Source: a bacterium
GTDB taxonomy: Bacteria; Vulcanimicrobiota; JABDET01
Length of the DNA: 64,000 nucleotides
Assembly: GCA_021817145.1 (NCBI GenBank)
Contig: JAKAVV010000001.1
Span: 151,279 to 215,278 of the forward strand
Direction: 5' to 3'
The translations under genes were made by a program, and so were the position numbers. This document shows positions 29,152-37,176 of the stretch, piece by piece (the stretch's first letter is position 1; the number at the start of each line of letters is the position of its first letter). Below the pieces are notes generated by a model. The model was not told where the DNA came from. It was given only the letters and a program-made list of their open reading frames with translations, and made no database searches.

Positions 29152-29964
29152 CTAGGATGTAAGTTTGGTTTCAACCTCAGATAGATTGGCTTTTTGCGTA
29201 ACCATTTTTACAATGTCTGGATCCAGGAGGATTTCGAGGTCTTTATTCCAGTCAGCTCCTGGATGGAAGTACAGCTCGTAATTTCCGTTTAAGTTCATTG
29301 CCAGCAAACTTAAAACATACTCTTTTGACATGGAAAATGTCTCCAAAATTCCAAAAACTGAGTCAAAAAGGAAAAAGTTTTCTCGTTTTAATTTTTCAGC
29401 CATTCCTCTTGTCAGCCAGTAGTAAATTTTTCCATGGAGGTTTTTTAAAAATTGTTTTTGAGCTTGAGTTTTTTCCCAGATCCTTAAATCTTCTTTTGGG
29501 ACTCTTATCCACTGCGCCCCTTGTTTTTTCCCTTCTTGAACGGCTGTATTAAAAATTTTTGGATGAATATGCAGATGATGATGGCCATCCACGTGGGAGA
29601 GTTTTAATCCTGTTTTCTGAAAGGCTTCAAATTGAGCAGTGATTTCTCTTTTCAGCTGGCGAGCGGCTTCAGGGTTGAACAGGTACTTTATCCAGGCGCT
29701 GGCAGGGTTTTTAGGAAAATTCCTCTGCTGATCTACGAGAAGTGGAATTTCAGAAAAAGGAAGAACAGATTTTCCATCTACTGCAGTCAGATGAAGCCCT
29801 ATTTTTAAGGATGGATTTTTTCTTGCTAGGTCAACTGCTTCTTGAGTAAAATCTTCCCCCACCATTAAACTGGCTGAATGAAGAGTTCCTGCTTGATGAG
29901 CTTTAACAACTGCCTGGTTGACAGCGGATGAAGCTCCAAAATCATCGGCATTGAATATGATCAT
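29152..29964 (-). CDS. hpnK: Hopanoid-associated YdjC/ChbG-family deacetylase (HpnK-like)
   Basis: NADDFG, GLHL, HVDGHHHLH and ELYFHP; adjacent to an HpnN-like gene. Confidence 0.8.
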   Translation of the reverse strand: MIIFNADDFGASSAVNQAVVKAHQAGTLHSASLMVGEDFTQEAVDLARKNPSLKIGLHLTAVDGKSVLPFSEIPLLVDQQRNFPKNPASAWIKYLFNPEAARQLKREITAQFEAFQKTGLKLSHVDGHHHLHIHPKIFNTAVQEGKKQGAQWIRVPKEDLRIWEKTQAQKQFLKNLHGKIYYWLTRGMAEKLKRENFFLFDSVFGILETFSMSKEYVLSLLAMNLNGNYELYFHPGADWNKDLEILLDPDIVKMVTQKANLSEVETKLTS

Positions 29965-29977
29965 GGAGAGTTCCTTT

Positions 29978-32827
29978 TCATTCTTTTCCGCGAATCAGTT
30001 CATTATTGAGGATTGGCGCCTTTTTTATTCCTAAAAAGAAATGAATAATACAGGGTAAAACAACTAAAGCTTGAAAAGTGACAAGGAATAATCCAACAGT
30101 CATCGTAAATCCAAGACTTCTTAAACCACTGCTGGTAAAAAGCAGAGCTGTAAACCCTGAAATACTTGTTAATGCGCTCAATAAAACCGATTTTCCTGTG
30201 CTAGTTGAAAAAATTGAGGCTTCCCCTTTTTCTCGATAGCGGTTCACCACATATACTCCAAAAGCCACTCCAATCCCTAAAATTACAGGGAGTGTCAGCA
30301 AATTCGCAGGGTTAAACGCTGAATGAGTTAGTACCATAATTCCAAGCAGCCATAGAAATCCAATGGCAAGAGGAGTTAAAGTTAATAATGTTAGACTGAA
30401 CTGTCTGAATTGAAGGAAAGTCACAATCAGAATGACGATGAGAGCGATCCAGGCTGCATGTTGGTAACTATTAAGCATCACCCGCAGCGTCTCATAAATG
30501 AGAATAGGGGTTCCTGTAACATGGGGGTCCACTTCTCTTAACTGCGCGACAAATCGGTCTAGATTAACCCGAACCCAGATATTGGTTGCAGGGAAAATTT
30601 CTATGGCGATTTTCCCGCCTTTTTTGCTGATAAATTCATTTTTTACATAAGGAGGAAGATCGCTTAAAGTAATAATGCGATTTGGAATCCCATGTTTTAT
30701 TAGCAGCAGTCCTTGATTTAATTCATTAAAGAATTTCCCCTGGAAAAGAGATAAAGCTTGTCTTGTTTTTTCTGGATCTGTTTTTTTTACCGTTTCCAAA
30801 AAGTTGGAAATAGTTTGCAGAAAAGAAGTTAATCCTGAATGAATTTCAGCCAATTGAGTTTCAGTGGATGAACCAGGCAGAAGATACCTTCCAGGAAACA
30901 TAAAGATTGAAAAAAAGCCGAAAGCGCTCCCTGCATTCGTGGTGATCCTAACTGCTTTATGAACAGATTTTTTCATCTTTTCAAAAGTTTGAGTTAATGC
31001 TTGCACGTTTACCTTTGAAGTGGGGGCTGGATCAGTCAGATGGACCCCTGCCATTTCTTTTTGGATCTTCAGCAAGATCGGCATTTTTTTCTTTTGCTGT
31101 TGAGGTATAAAAGGGAGAGGGCTTATAATTCTTCCCACAGTTGAAAGGGTTTCTAATTGATTGACATAAAGCTGCGCTTGTTGAGGGTTTTTTGCTACAG
31201 CAACAGCGACAAGAGAAGATTGATTGGCGATTTTTATCATTTTCAGCTCTGTTGTGACAGAGCTGACGTGGGGGAATAAATGCAAGATGTCTCGATCAAA
31301 AGAGATGTCTTTCGCTTTTATTCCAAAAAATAAAGTGAGTAAAGCAGCTCCCATAACAATGTAAGAAGCATTTTTTAAAAAAAATCGTTCCAAAGTTTCA
31401 CCAATCTGGGGAAGGCGGAGAGAAATCGCTTTTGCTTTCCCCTTTTTTTCGGAAAAGATCAAAAGCGCGGGCAGGATAGTTATAGTTGAAAAAAAGCAGA
31501 GCAGAAGAGAGCCACCTGTCGCTGTTCCTAATTCAGCAATCCCTTTATAATCTGTTAGGGAAACAGCGAAAAAACCGAGAGCCATGGTTAATGCTGCTGT
31601 TAAAAGCCCTGCTCCTGTTGAAAGATAAGTGGCATGAATCGCTTCCTCAGGGGTTTTCAACAAGGTTCTTTCCTCATTATATCTCCCCATAAATTGAATT
31701 GAAAAATCAATTGCCAATCCAATTAACATGGGGAAAATGCTGATTGTAAAAATATTTAAATACTTAACAGAAAAAGCGATCCATCCTAATGACCAGCCAA
31801 TTCCAATAAAAAGAGAAATAATGGCTAAAAATGGCTTTCTCCATTCCATAAAACCTAAAATAAAAATAGTTGAAGATAAGAGAAGAGCAAGGATTCCAGC
31901 AAAAAGAATATCATGTTTGGAAACCTGCATTGCCTGCACTCCCATAACTGGTTCCCCTGTTAAGTGAACATGGACATCAGGGAAAAAAGGTTTCATTTCT
32001 TTTACCGCTTTTTGAACTGCTTCAACAGCTGGGATGACTTGCCCAATTCCTTGTTTATTTTTTGCTGGTGTGGCTAGAAGTATGGCATATTTTCCATTTT
32101 TTAGAGTAAAATAAATACGCTGATTGAGAAGAGTAAAGTTTTGGCTTTTTCCAAGTTTAAAGTTTAAATTAAAAAAATGCTGCAGTGGATTGGAGTTCTG
32201 CACTCCTCCTTTTTGGATTGATTTTGTCATGGAAGTAACAAGCCCTTCCATTTCTTTAAGTCCTAAAACGTAAGATTTTAAATTGTGAGGCAGCTGCTTT
32301 GACTGGGTTTGGGATCCTGCTTTGTTTTTACCAAATTGATAAATCGTGTTCCAGAAGTGGACTAAATCTTCTCGGTTTTGGATGGAGAGGAGAAGGGGTT
32401 TCATAACCCTTAATAGAGAAGAGATTTTTTTAAGCTGTTTCGAAGGGAGATATTCCATTGCCCAGGATTCAAAGGGTTTAATATTATAAGAATAGAGGAC
32501 AGTCGCTAAATAAGGGTTGGGTTTTATTTTTTTGGACAGAGCTTTCAAAAACTTTAGATTCTCTTTTGGATCTTTCCCATGAGTTACAACATAAATTTGA
32601 GGTTCCTGGTCAAATTCTTTTGAAAAATGATAGTAGGTTTTACTGAAAGAAGCCCCATTGCTGTTGAGCCCCGCAAAATTAGGAAGAAAAACAATGGTCT
32701 TATAAGCATAAAAAGAGCCACAAAATGCGACTGCCAGCCCAATCAGTAAAACCCCTGAAGGATAATTTAAGATAATATGTAGAAACCTGTCTCTTAATTT
32801 CTCAACCCAGGTTTTCATCAGGTTCAT
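29978..32827 (-). CDS. hpnN: MMPL/RND transporter, HpnN-like
   Basis: Two TM bundles with LTGEP, GLAIDFSIQ...RYNEE and VTGTP...GIGVAFGVY motifs. Confidence 0.8.
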   Translation of the reverse strand: MNLMKTWVEKLRDRFLHIILNYPSGVLLIGLAVAFCGSFYAYKTIVFLPNFAGLNSNGASFSKTYYHFSKEFDQEPQIYVVTHGKDPKENLKFLKALSKKIKPNPYLATVLYSYNIKPFESWAMEYLPSKQLKKISSLLRVMKPLLLSIQNREDLVHFWNTIYQFGKNKAGSQTQSKQLPHNLKSYVLGLKEMEGLVTSMTKSIQKGGVQNSNPLQHFFNLNFKLGKSQNFTLLNQRIYFTLKNGKYAILLATPAKNKQGIGQVIPAVEAVQKAVKEMKPFFPDVHVHLTGEPVMGVQAMQVSKHDILFAGILALLLSSTIFILGFMEWRKPFLAIISLFIGIGWSLGWIAFSVKYLNIFTISIFPMLIGLAIDFSIQFMGRYNEERTLLKTPEEAIHATYLSTGAGLLTAALTMALGFFAVSLTDYKGIAELGTATGGSLLLCFFSTITILPALLIFSEKKGKAKAISLRLPQIGETLERFFLKNASYIVMGAALLTLFFGIKAKDISFDRDILHLFPHVSSVTTELKMIKIANQSSLVAVAVAKNPQQAQLYVNQLETLSTVGRIISPLPFIPQQQKKKMPILLKIQKEMAGVHLTDPAPTSKVNVQALTQTFEKMKKSVHKAVRITTNAGSAFGFFSIFMFPGRYLLPGSSTETQLAEIHSGLTSFLQTISNFLETVKKTDPEKTRQALSLFQGKFFNELNQGLLLIKHGIPNRIITLSDLPPYVKNEFISKKGGKIAIEIFPATNIWVRVNLDRFVAQLREVDPHVTGTPILIYETLRVMLNSYQHAAWIALIVILIVTFLQFRQFSLTLLTLTPLAIGFLWLLGIMVLTHSAFNPANLLTLPVILGIGVAFGVYVVNRYREKGEASIFSTSTGKSVLLSALTSISGFTALLFTSSGLRSLGFTMTVGLFLVTFQALVVLPCIIHFFLGIKKAPILNNELIRGKE

Positions 32828-32862
32828 ATTTTTATCTTTATGCTTCCTTTATCTTGTTTTAT

Positions 32863-34212
32863 CTAGAAAATTTTAACCACGCTGAACTGCACTGTTAAAT
32901 ACTTTCTTGGATTTTTCCGAAAATCTTTCATAAATTTAGCCAGCTGTCCTGAAAGTTCTGTGATATTATTGTAAAGGGTTTTATCTTTTAATAATAATCC
33001 AAGGCTTCCCTGTCCATTTTGAAGCCTTTTTGAAACAGCGGCAAGGGATGCCATGGCTTGAGAAGCATTCTGATAAAATTGTTTATTATTGGCAAGTTGT
33101 CCAAGACTTCCTTTTCCTTCATTGATCTTTTTTAAAAGGCTGGCTGCATTGGCAAAAGTTTCGCTTGAATTATTATAGAGAGAAGGGTTTGTTAAGAGCT
33201 GATGAACTGCTCCATTTTTGGTATTGGCTGTTACTGCCAGATGGTTCATTTTGGCGATAAGACCATTCATGTTATTGTAAAGAGAAGGATCTTTGAGAAG
33301 ATGCCCCATGGTTCCTTTCCCTTTTTCGATATTGACCATGACATGTGTTGCAGTATTGTAAAGAGTAGGATTCGTAAAAAACTTTCCAAGTGTTCCTTTC
33401 CCTTCTTGAATGGAATGAAGCATTTCACCCGTATAGAGTGTCGCCTCAGCAGTCGCTTTTAAGGCTTTGTTGAAATTATCATAAACAGACTGGCTTTTAA
33501 CCAGTTTGCCAAGGGTTCCTTTCCCATGCCGGACATCACTGGCAATTTCACTGGTTACTTGCTGAAGGGAGTTTGTAATCCCAGCAGTTTGGGCAACAAT
33601 TCTATTAAAACTAGGGGACTCCTGGCTTGGAATTTCAATTGCTTCCAGATGATGGGCTCCAGGGATAAAAGGAAGGGAAGGATAATTCAATGTTCCAGGA
33701 GTAATTGCTATCACTTCCTGTCCTCCAAAAATTCCTTGAGGAAACAGCATTGCCACTGAATCTGCTCGAATAAGAGGCGCATTATCTTTTGAAATGCTCA
33801 TTAAAACAACAATGTGTTTTAGTCGGGATTGAAGATCCCGATAGCGCTGCTGCAGTTTTCTGTAGGTCTGGGATTGAGCGTGGTTCTGCAGATTTAAATG
33901 GTCCATTTGATTTTTTAAATCTTTCAGTTTCTGGACAGTAGATTTATCAATTGTAATATTTGATAATTTATTTGGGGGTATAAAACTGATTTTAGTAACG
34001 GATCCAATTTGAACCCCGGACATCATCACTGGATCTCCAACAGCCAGCCCTCTTACAGAAGCAAATAAGGAACGGGCGTAAACCGTTGAAGTGAATATCT
34101 TCTCGGGTTTTACGAATAAAACAAAAAAGATGATAATGGCGATTCCAGTGAGGAGAAATACCCCAACCCGAACATCGCTCCATGTAATATTTTTTTTCCT
34201 GGATGAAAGCAT
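32863..34212 (-). CDS. MCE/MlaD-family protein with long helical GTLGKL-repeat tail
   Basis: N-terminal TM, GLAVGDPVMMSGVQIGSV MCE motif, and repeated GKGT/SLG(K/Q)L...LYNN. Confidence 0.9.
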   Translation of the reverse strand: MLSSRKKNITWSDVRVGVFLLTGIAIIIFFVLFVKPEKIFTSTVYARSLFASVRGLAVGDPVMMSGVQIGSVTKISFIPPNKLSNITIDKSTVQKLKDLKNQMDHLNLQNHAQSQTYRKLQQRYRDLQSRLKHIVVLMSISKDNAPLIRADSVAMLFPQGIFGGQEVIAITPGTLNYPSLPFIPGAHHLEAIEIPSQESPSFNRIVAQTAGITNSLQQVTSEIASDVRHGKGTLGKLVKSQSVYDNFNKALKATAEATLYTGEMLHSIQEGKGTLGKFFTNPTLYNTATHVMVNIEKGKGTMGHLLKDPSLYNNMNGLIAKMNHLAVTANTKNGAVHQLLTNPSLYNNSSETFANAASLLKKINEGKGSLGQLANNKQFYQNASQAMASLAAVSKRLQNGQGSLGLLLKDKTLYNNITELSGQLAKFMKDFRKNPRKYLTVQFSVVKIF

Positions 34213-34300
34213 CTAAAAATCCTCCTTATTATAAATGAATTGTTGTTTTATTACTCTATTGGCAGCGGATGAATCTTTTCCGTTTCAGCGCGATTATCCT

Positions 34301-35122
34301 TTAGTGAGACGCTAGAATTTTTAAACTGGAAAGGAATTCTTGGACGTAAGGATCGGTTGAATTTAAAAGTTTCTGCCAATCCCCTTCTGCCAGAATTTGT
34401 CCGTCTTTTAAAATAACCAGCCGTGTTTTTTTTGTGCAAGTATGATCGGAACTGGGTTTTACCTGAATCCCTGTGGAAGTTTTATGGGCGCAGTGGGTTA
34501 CCATTTGAAAACTGCTGATGAGATCCTGGGTTACAATGATAGAAGTTACTTCTTCCATGTCTCTGAGTCTGATGATAAACTCAGTAATATGACTGGCAGT
34601 TATGGGATCCAGTCCTGCTGTTGGCTCATCATAAAGCATGATACGATGATCTCCCGCCATCCCGCGGGCAATGGCAACTCTTCGTTTCATTCCTCCCGAT
34701 AATTCTGAAGGAACTTTAAAAGCGTCCTCTTCTTTAAGATCTACCATTTGTAAGAGATGTTTTGTTTTTTCAAAAATCTCTTCTTCTGAGAGCTTCCCTT
34801 CTTCCCTCATGCGATAGGCAATGTTGTCATAAACAGTTAAAGAATCAAAAAGGGATGATTCTTGAAAAACCATTCCCATCCATTTTCTAACAGGAACAAG
34901 CTCTTCTTCTTTTAAAGAAGTAATATTGAGATTATTGACAAGAATCTCTCCTTCATCCGGTTCGTCCAGTCTGAGAATCAAACGGAGAATTGTGGATTTT
35001 CCCTGTCCGCTTCCCCCCAGAATAATAACTGTTTCTTCTTCTTGAATTGTTAAATTAATGCCGCGGAGAACCTCTTGATTTCCAAATCCTTTCCAAACGT
35101 TTTTTAATTCAATAAGAGCCAT
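34301..35122 (-). CDS. mlaF: MlaF-type ABC ATPase
   Basis: GGSGQGKS, LSGGMKRRVAIAR and YDEPTAGLDP. Confidence 0.88.
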   Translation of the reverse strand: MALIELKNVWKGFGNQEVLRGINLTIQEEETVIILGGSGQGKSTILRLILRLDEPDEGEILVNNLNITSLKEEELVPVRKWMGMVFQESSLFDSLTVYDNIAYRMREEGKLSEEEIFEKTKHLLQMVDLKEEDAFKVPSELSGGMKRRVAIARGMAGDHRIMLYDEPTAGLDPITASHITEFIIRLRDMEEVTSIIVTQDLISSFQMVTHCAHKTSTGIQVKPSSDHTCTKKTRLVILKDGQILAEGDWQKLLNSTDPYVQEFLSSLKILASH

Positions 35123-35123
35123 A

Positions 35124-35909
35124 TTAAAAAGTTAAATGGGTGAAAAAACTGATCCCTTTGGTCAAGAAAAAATCACTGGCAATAATTAAAACTGAAGAAA
35201 TAACAACAGCATGAGTGGTGCTTTTTCCAATTCCTCTTGTACCTCCTGTTGTTTTTAATCCTTGATAACAGGCAGTTACAGAGATTAAAATGGCAAAGGT
35301 AATCGCCTTGAAAAAACTATAGTATAAATCATGCAGAACAATGTGATCTTTAACAGACATCCAGTAGATATGGTAACTTTGATGCACGGTCAGCCAGGTC
35401 ATCACCCACCCGCTCCAAATAGAGACCAGGTCTGTTATTCCTGTTAATAGAGGAAGAGCGATTAAACAGGCTAAAACTCTTGGAGTAATCAGTTTTTTAA
35501 TATAATCGGTTCCAAGGGATCTCAAAGCATCTACTTGTTGAGAAATGACCATTCCCCCTAATTCAGAAGCGATTCCAGACCCAACTCTCCCTGAAAACAT
35601 TAAAGCAGCCAGCACAGGACCCAATTCTCGAATCATGGTAAAAGACACAACCTGTCCCATTGTGTTCGTTGTGCCGTACTGCTTTGAAACACTGAGGATC
35701 TGGAATGCAAAAACAGCTCCTGTAAATAGACTGGTAAGGAGAATTACAATCAGAGAACCAAGCCCTATGGATTCCAACTGTTCGACGAGATCATCAAAAT
35801 AAAACGGTTTTGACAATACATTTCGGACAGCTTTCCAGAACAAGAAGAAAGCCTCTTGAATTTCAAGCAGAATAATTTTAAAATTTTCAAGAAAATCTAA
35901 ATTTTCCAT
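35124..35909 (-). CDS. mlaE: MlaE-type ABC permease
   Basis: RELGPVL, GRVGSGIASELG and QVDAL; start reassigned to the ATG at 35909 because the longer ORF runs into mtrA. Confidence 0.9.
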   Translation of the reverse strand: MENLDFLENFKIILLEIQEAFFLFWKAVRNVLSKPFYFDDLVEQLESIGLGSLIVILLTSLFTGAVFAFQILSVSKQYGTTNTMGQVVSFTMIRELGPVLAALMFSGRVGSGIASELGGMVISQQVDALRSLGTDYIKKLITPRVLACLIALPLLTGITDLVSIWSGWVMTWLTVHQSYHIYWMSVKDHIVLHDLYYSFFKAITFAILISVTACYQGLKTTGGTRGIGKSTTHAVVISSVLIIASDFFLTKGISFFTHLTF

Positions 35910-36074
35910 ACTGTTAAAATCGCTATTTTCGAAATTACCACTTATGCTGTTAAATCCCTTTTTTAAGAAGAGCAGCCAGAGATGATAAAGGGCTGCTTCA
36001 GCTATTTTTCTTTTCATAAAGGTTATTTTTACCCATAAAGAAGGATTTTTTTTTAAAGGATTGAATGGGGTAGA

Positions 36075-36096
36075 AAATGTGATCTTTATCACATGA
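36075..36096. promoter_or_regulatory. CRP-family binding site
   Basis: AAATGTGATCTTTATCACATGA contains an exact TGTGA-N6-TCACA palindrome about 80 nt upstream of the decaheme gene. Confidence 0.7.
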
Positions 36097-36174
36097 TTTA
36101 AATCATACCTTAAAGTCGTAGAATTAAGCTGCAGCAGCCACGAAAAAGTAGAAGAATCCTGCTGGAGGTGGGAA

Positions 36175-37164
36175 ATGAAAGGAAAAAGGAATAATGAAAG
36201 CAGAAAGAGATTTCTGTTTCCAATTCTCCTGTTTTTAGTTTTTTCAATCTGTTTTATTTTCTTGAGGAATGCCCAAGCAGCCGGCAACATTACTCCAAGG
36301 AGACCCCATTTTACATCGAATCGAAATGGGAAAGTTCCAAAGTATTGGCTTAAATTGGAAAATCAAAAAAAATATGCTTGGTTAAAAAAAGCGAAATTTG
36401 TAGGGAAAGCAGTTTGTTTTGACTGTCATCCCCAGCCAGGAGATGAACCCGGTCTGTCACGACCAGAGTGGGACATGGATGTTCATGAAAAAATAGCTGG
36501 GACTTTCCAATGTGAAGCCTGCCATGGTCCGGCTTCTCTTCATGTCAAAGCTAATGCCGCTAAATTTATTCTTGATCCGACTTATCTCTCTAAACCGATC
36601 CAAAATGAAATGTGTCAGTCCTGCCATTTGCAGGGAATGGTGGCTTTTCATGCAGGAGCGAATCTTTCTTGTTTAAGCTGTCATCAATTTCACACTTATG
36701 ATAATCCTTACGATTTGAAAATTCGCCCTGAACGGGATTTATGCTATAAATGTCATCCTGGAGTCCGCTCACAATTTCAGATGTACACCCATCATCCTGT
36801 GAATGAAGGGATCATGAACTGCACAGACTGCCATGCAGCCCATTTTACTTCTATGTTCAATGAAATTGCGGGGCAATCCGCTGTCATGGGCACCAGAGCT
36901 TCCATTGAATCCTGCGGGAAATGCCATCCTGCTGAAGCAGGTCCTTATGTGGCTTCTCCAACAGCTTTAGAAGGATGTATTGGGTGCCACATGCCCCATG
37001 GTTCTCCTTTCTCTAATTTAGAGAGAATGCCACAGCCTGCTCTCTGCATTAAATGCCATGAACCAAGCTCTTTCCAGTATGGATTAGTCACAATGGGAAT
37101 GAAATGCACGAACTGTCATCCTGATATTCATGGGTCTGATCACACCAGATATCTGTTTCAATAA
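36175..37164 (+). CDS. Periplasmic decaheme cytochrome c, MtrA/DmsE/PioA family
   Basis: Ten CxxCH motifs (CFDCH, CEACH, CQSCH, CLSCH, CYKCH, CTDCH, CGKCH, CIGCH, CIKCH, CTNCH); CHGP, HHPVNEG and IHGS signatures; signal peptide ending AQA. Confidence 0.92.
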   Translation: MKGKRNNESRKRFLFPILLFLVFSICFIFLRNAQAAGNITPRRPHFTSNRNGKVPKYWLKLENQKKYAWLKKAKFVGKAVCFDCHPQPGDEPGLSRPEWDMDVHEKIAGTFQCEACHGPASLHVKANAAKFILDPTYLSKPIQNEMCQSCHLQGMVAFHAGANLSCLSCHQFHTYDNPYDLKIRPERDLCYKCHPGVRSQFQMYTHHPVNEGIMNCTDCHAAHFTSMFNEIAGQSAVMGTRASIESCGKCHPAEAGPYVASPTALEGCIGCHMPHGSPFSNLERMPQPALCIKCHEPSSFQYGLVTMGMKCTNCHPDIHGSDHTRYLFQ

Positions 37165-37176
37165 AGGAGGGATATA

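Noticed and set aside
35910-36290. 127-aa N-terminal extension of MlaE in the ORF track
   Set aside because: It overlaps the decaheme gene on the opposite strand and the CRP-box promoter region; the ATG at 35909 gives a normal-sized MlaE.
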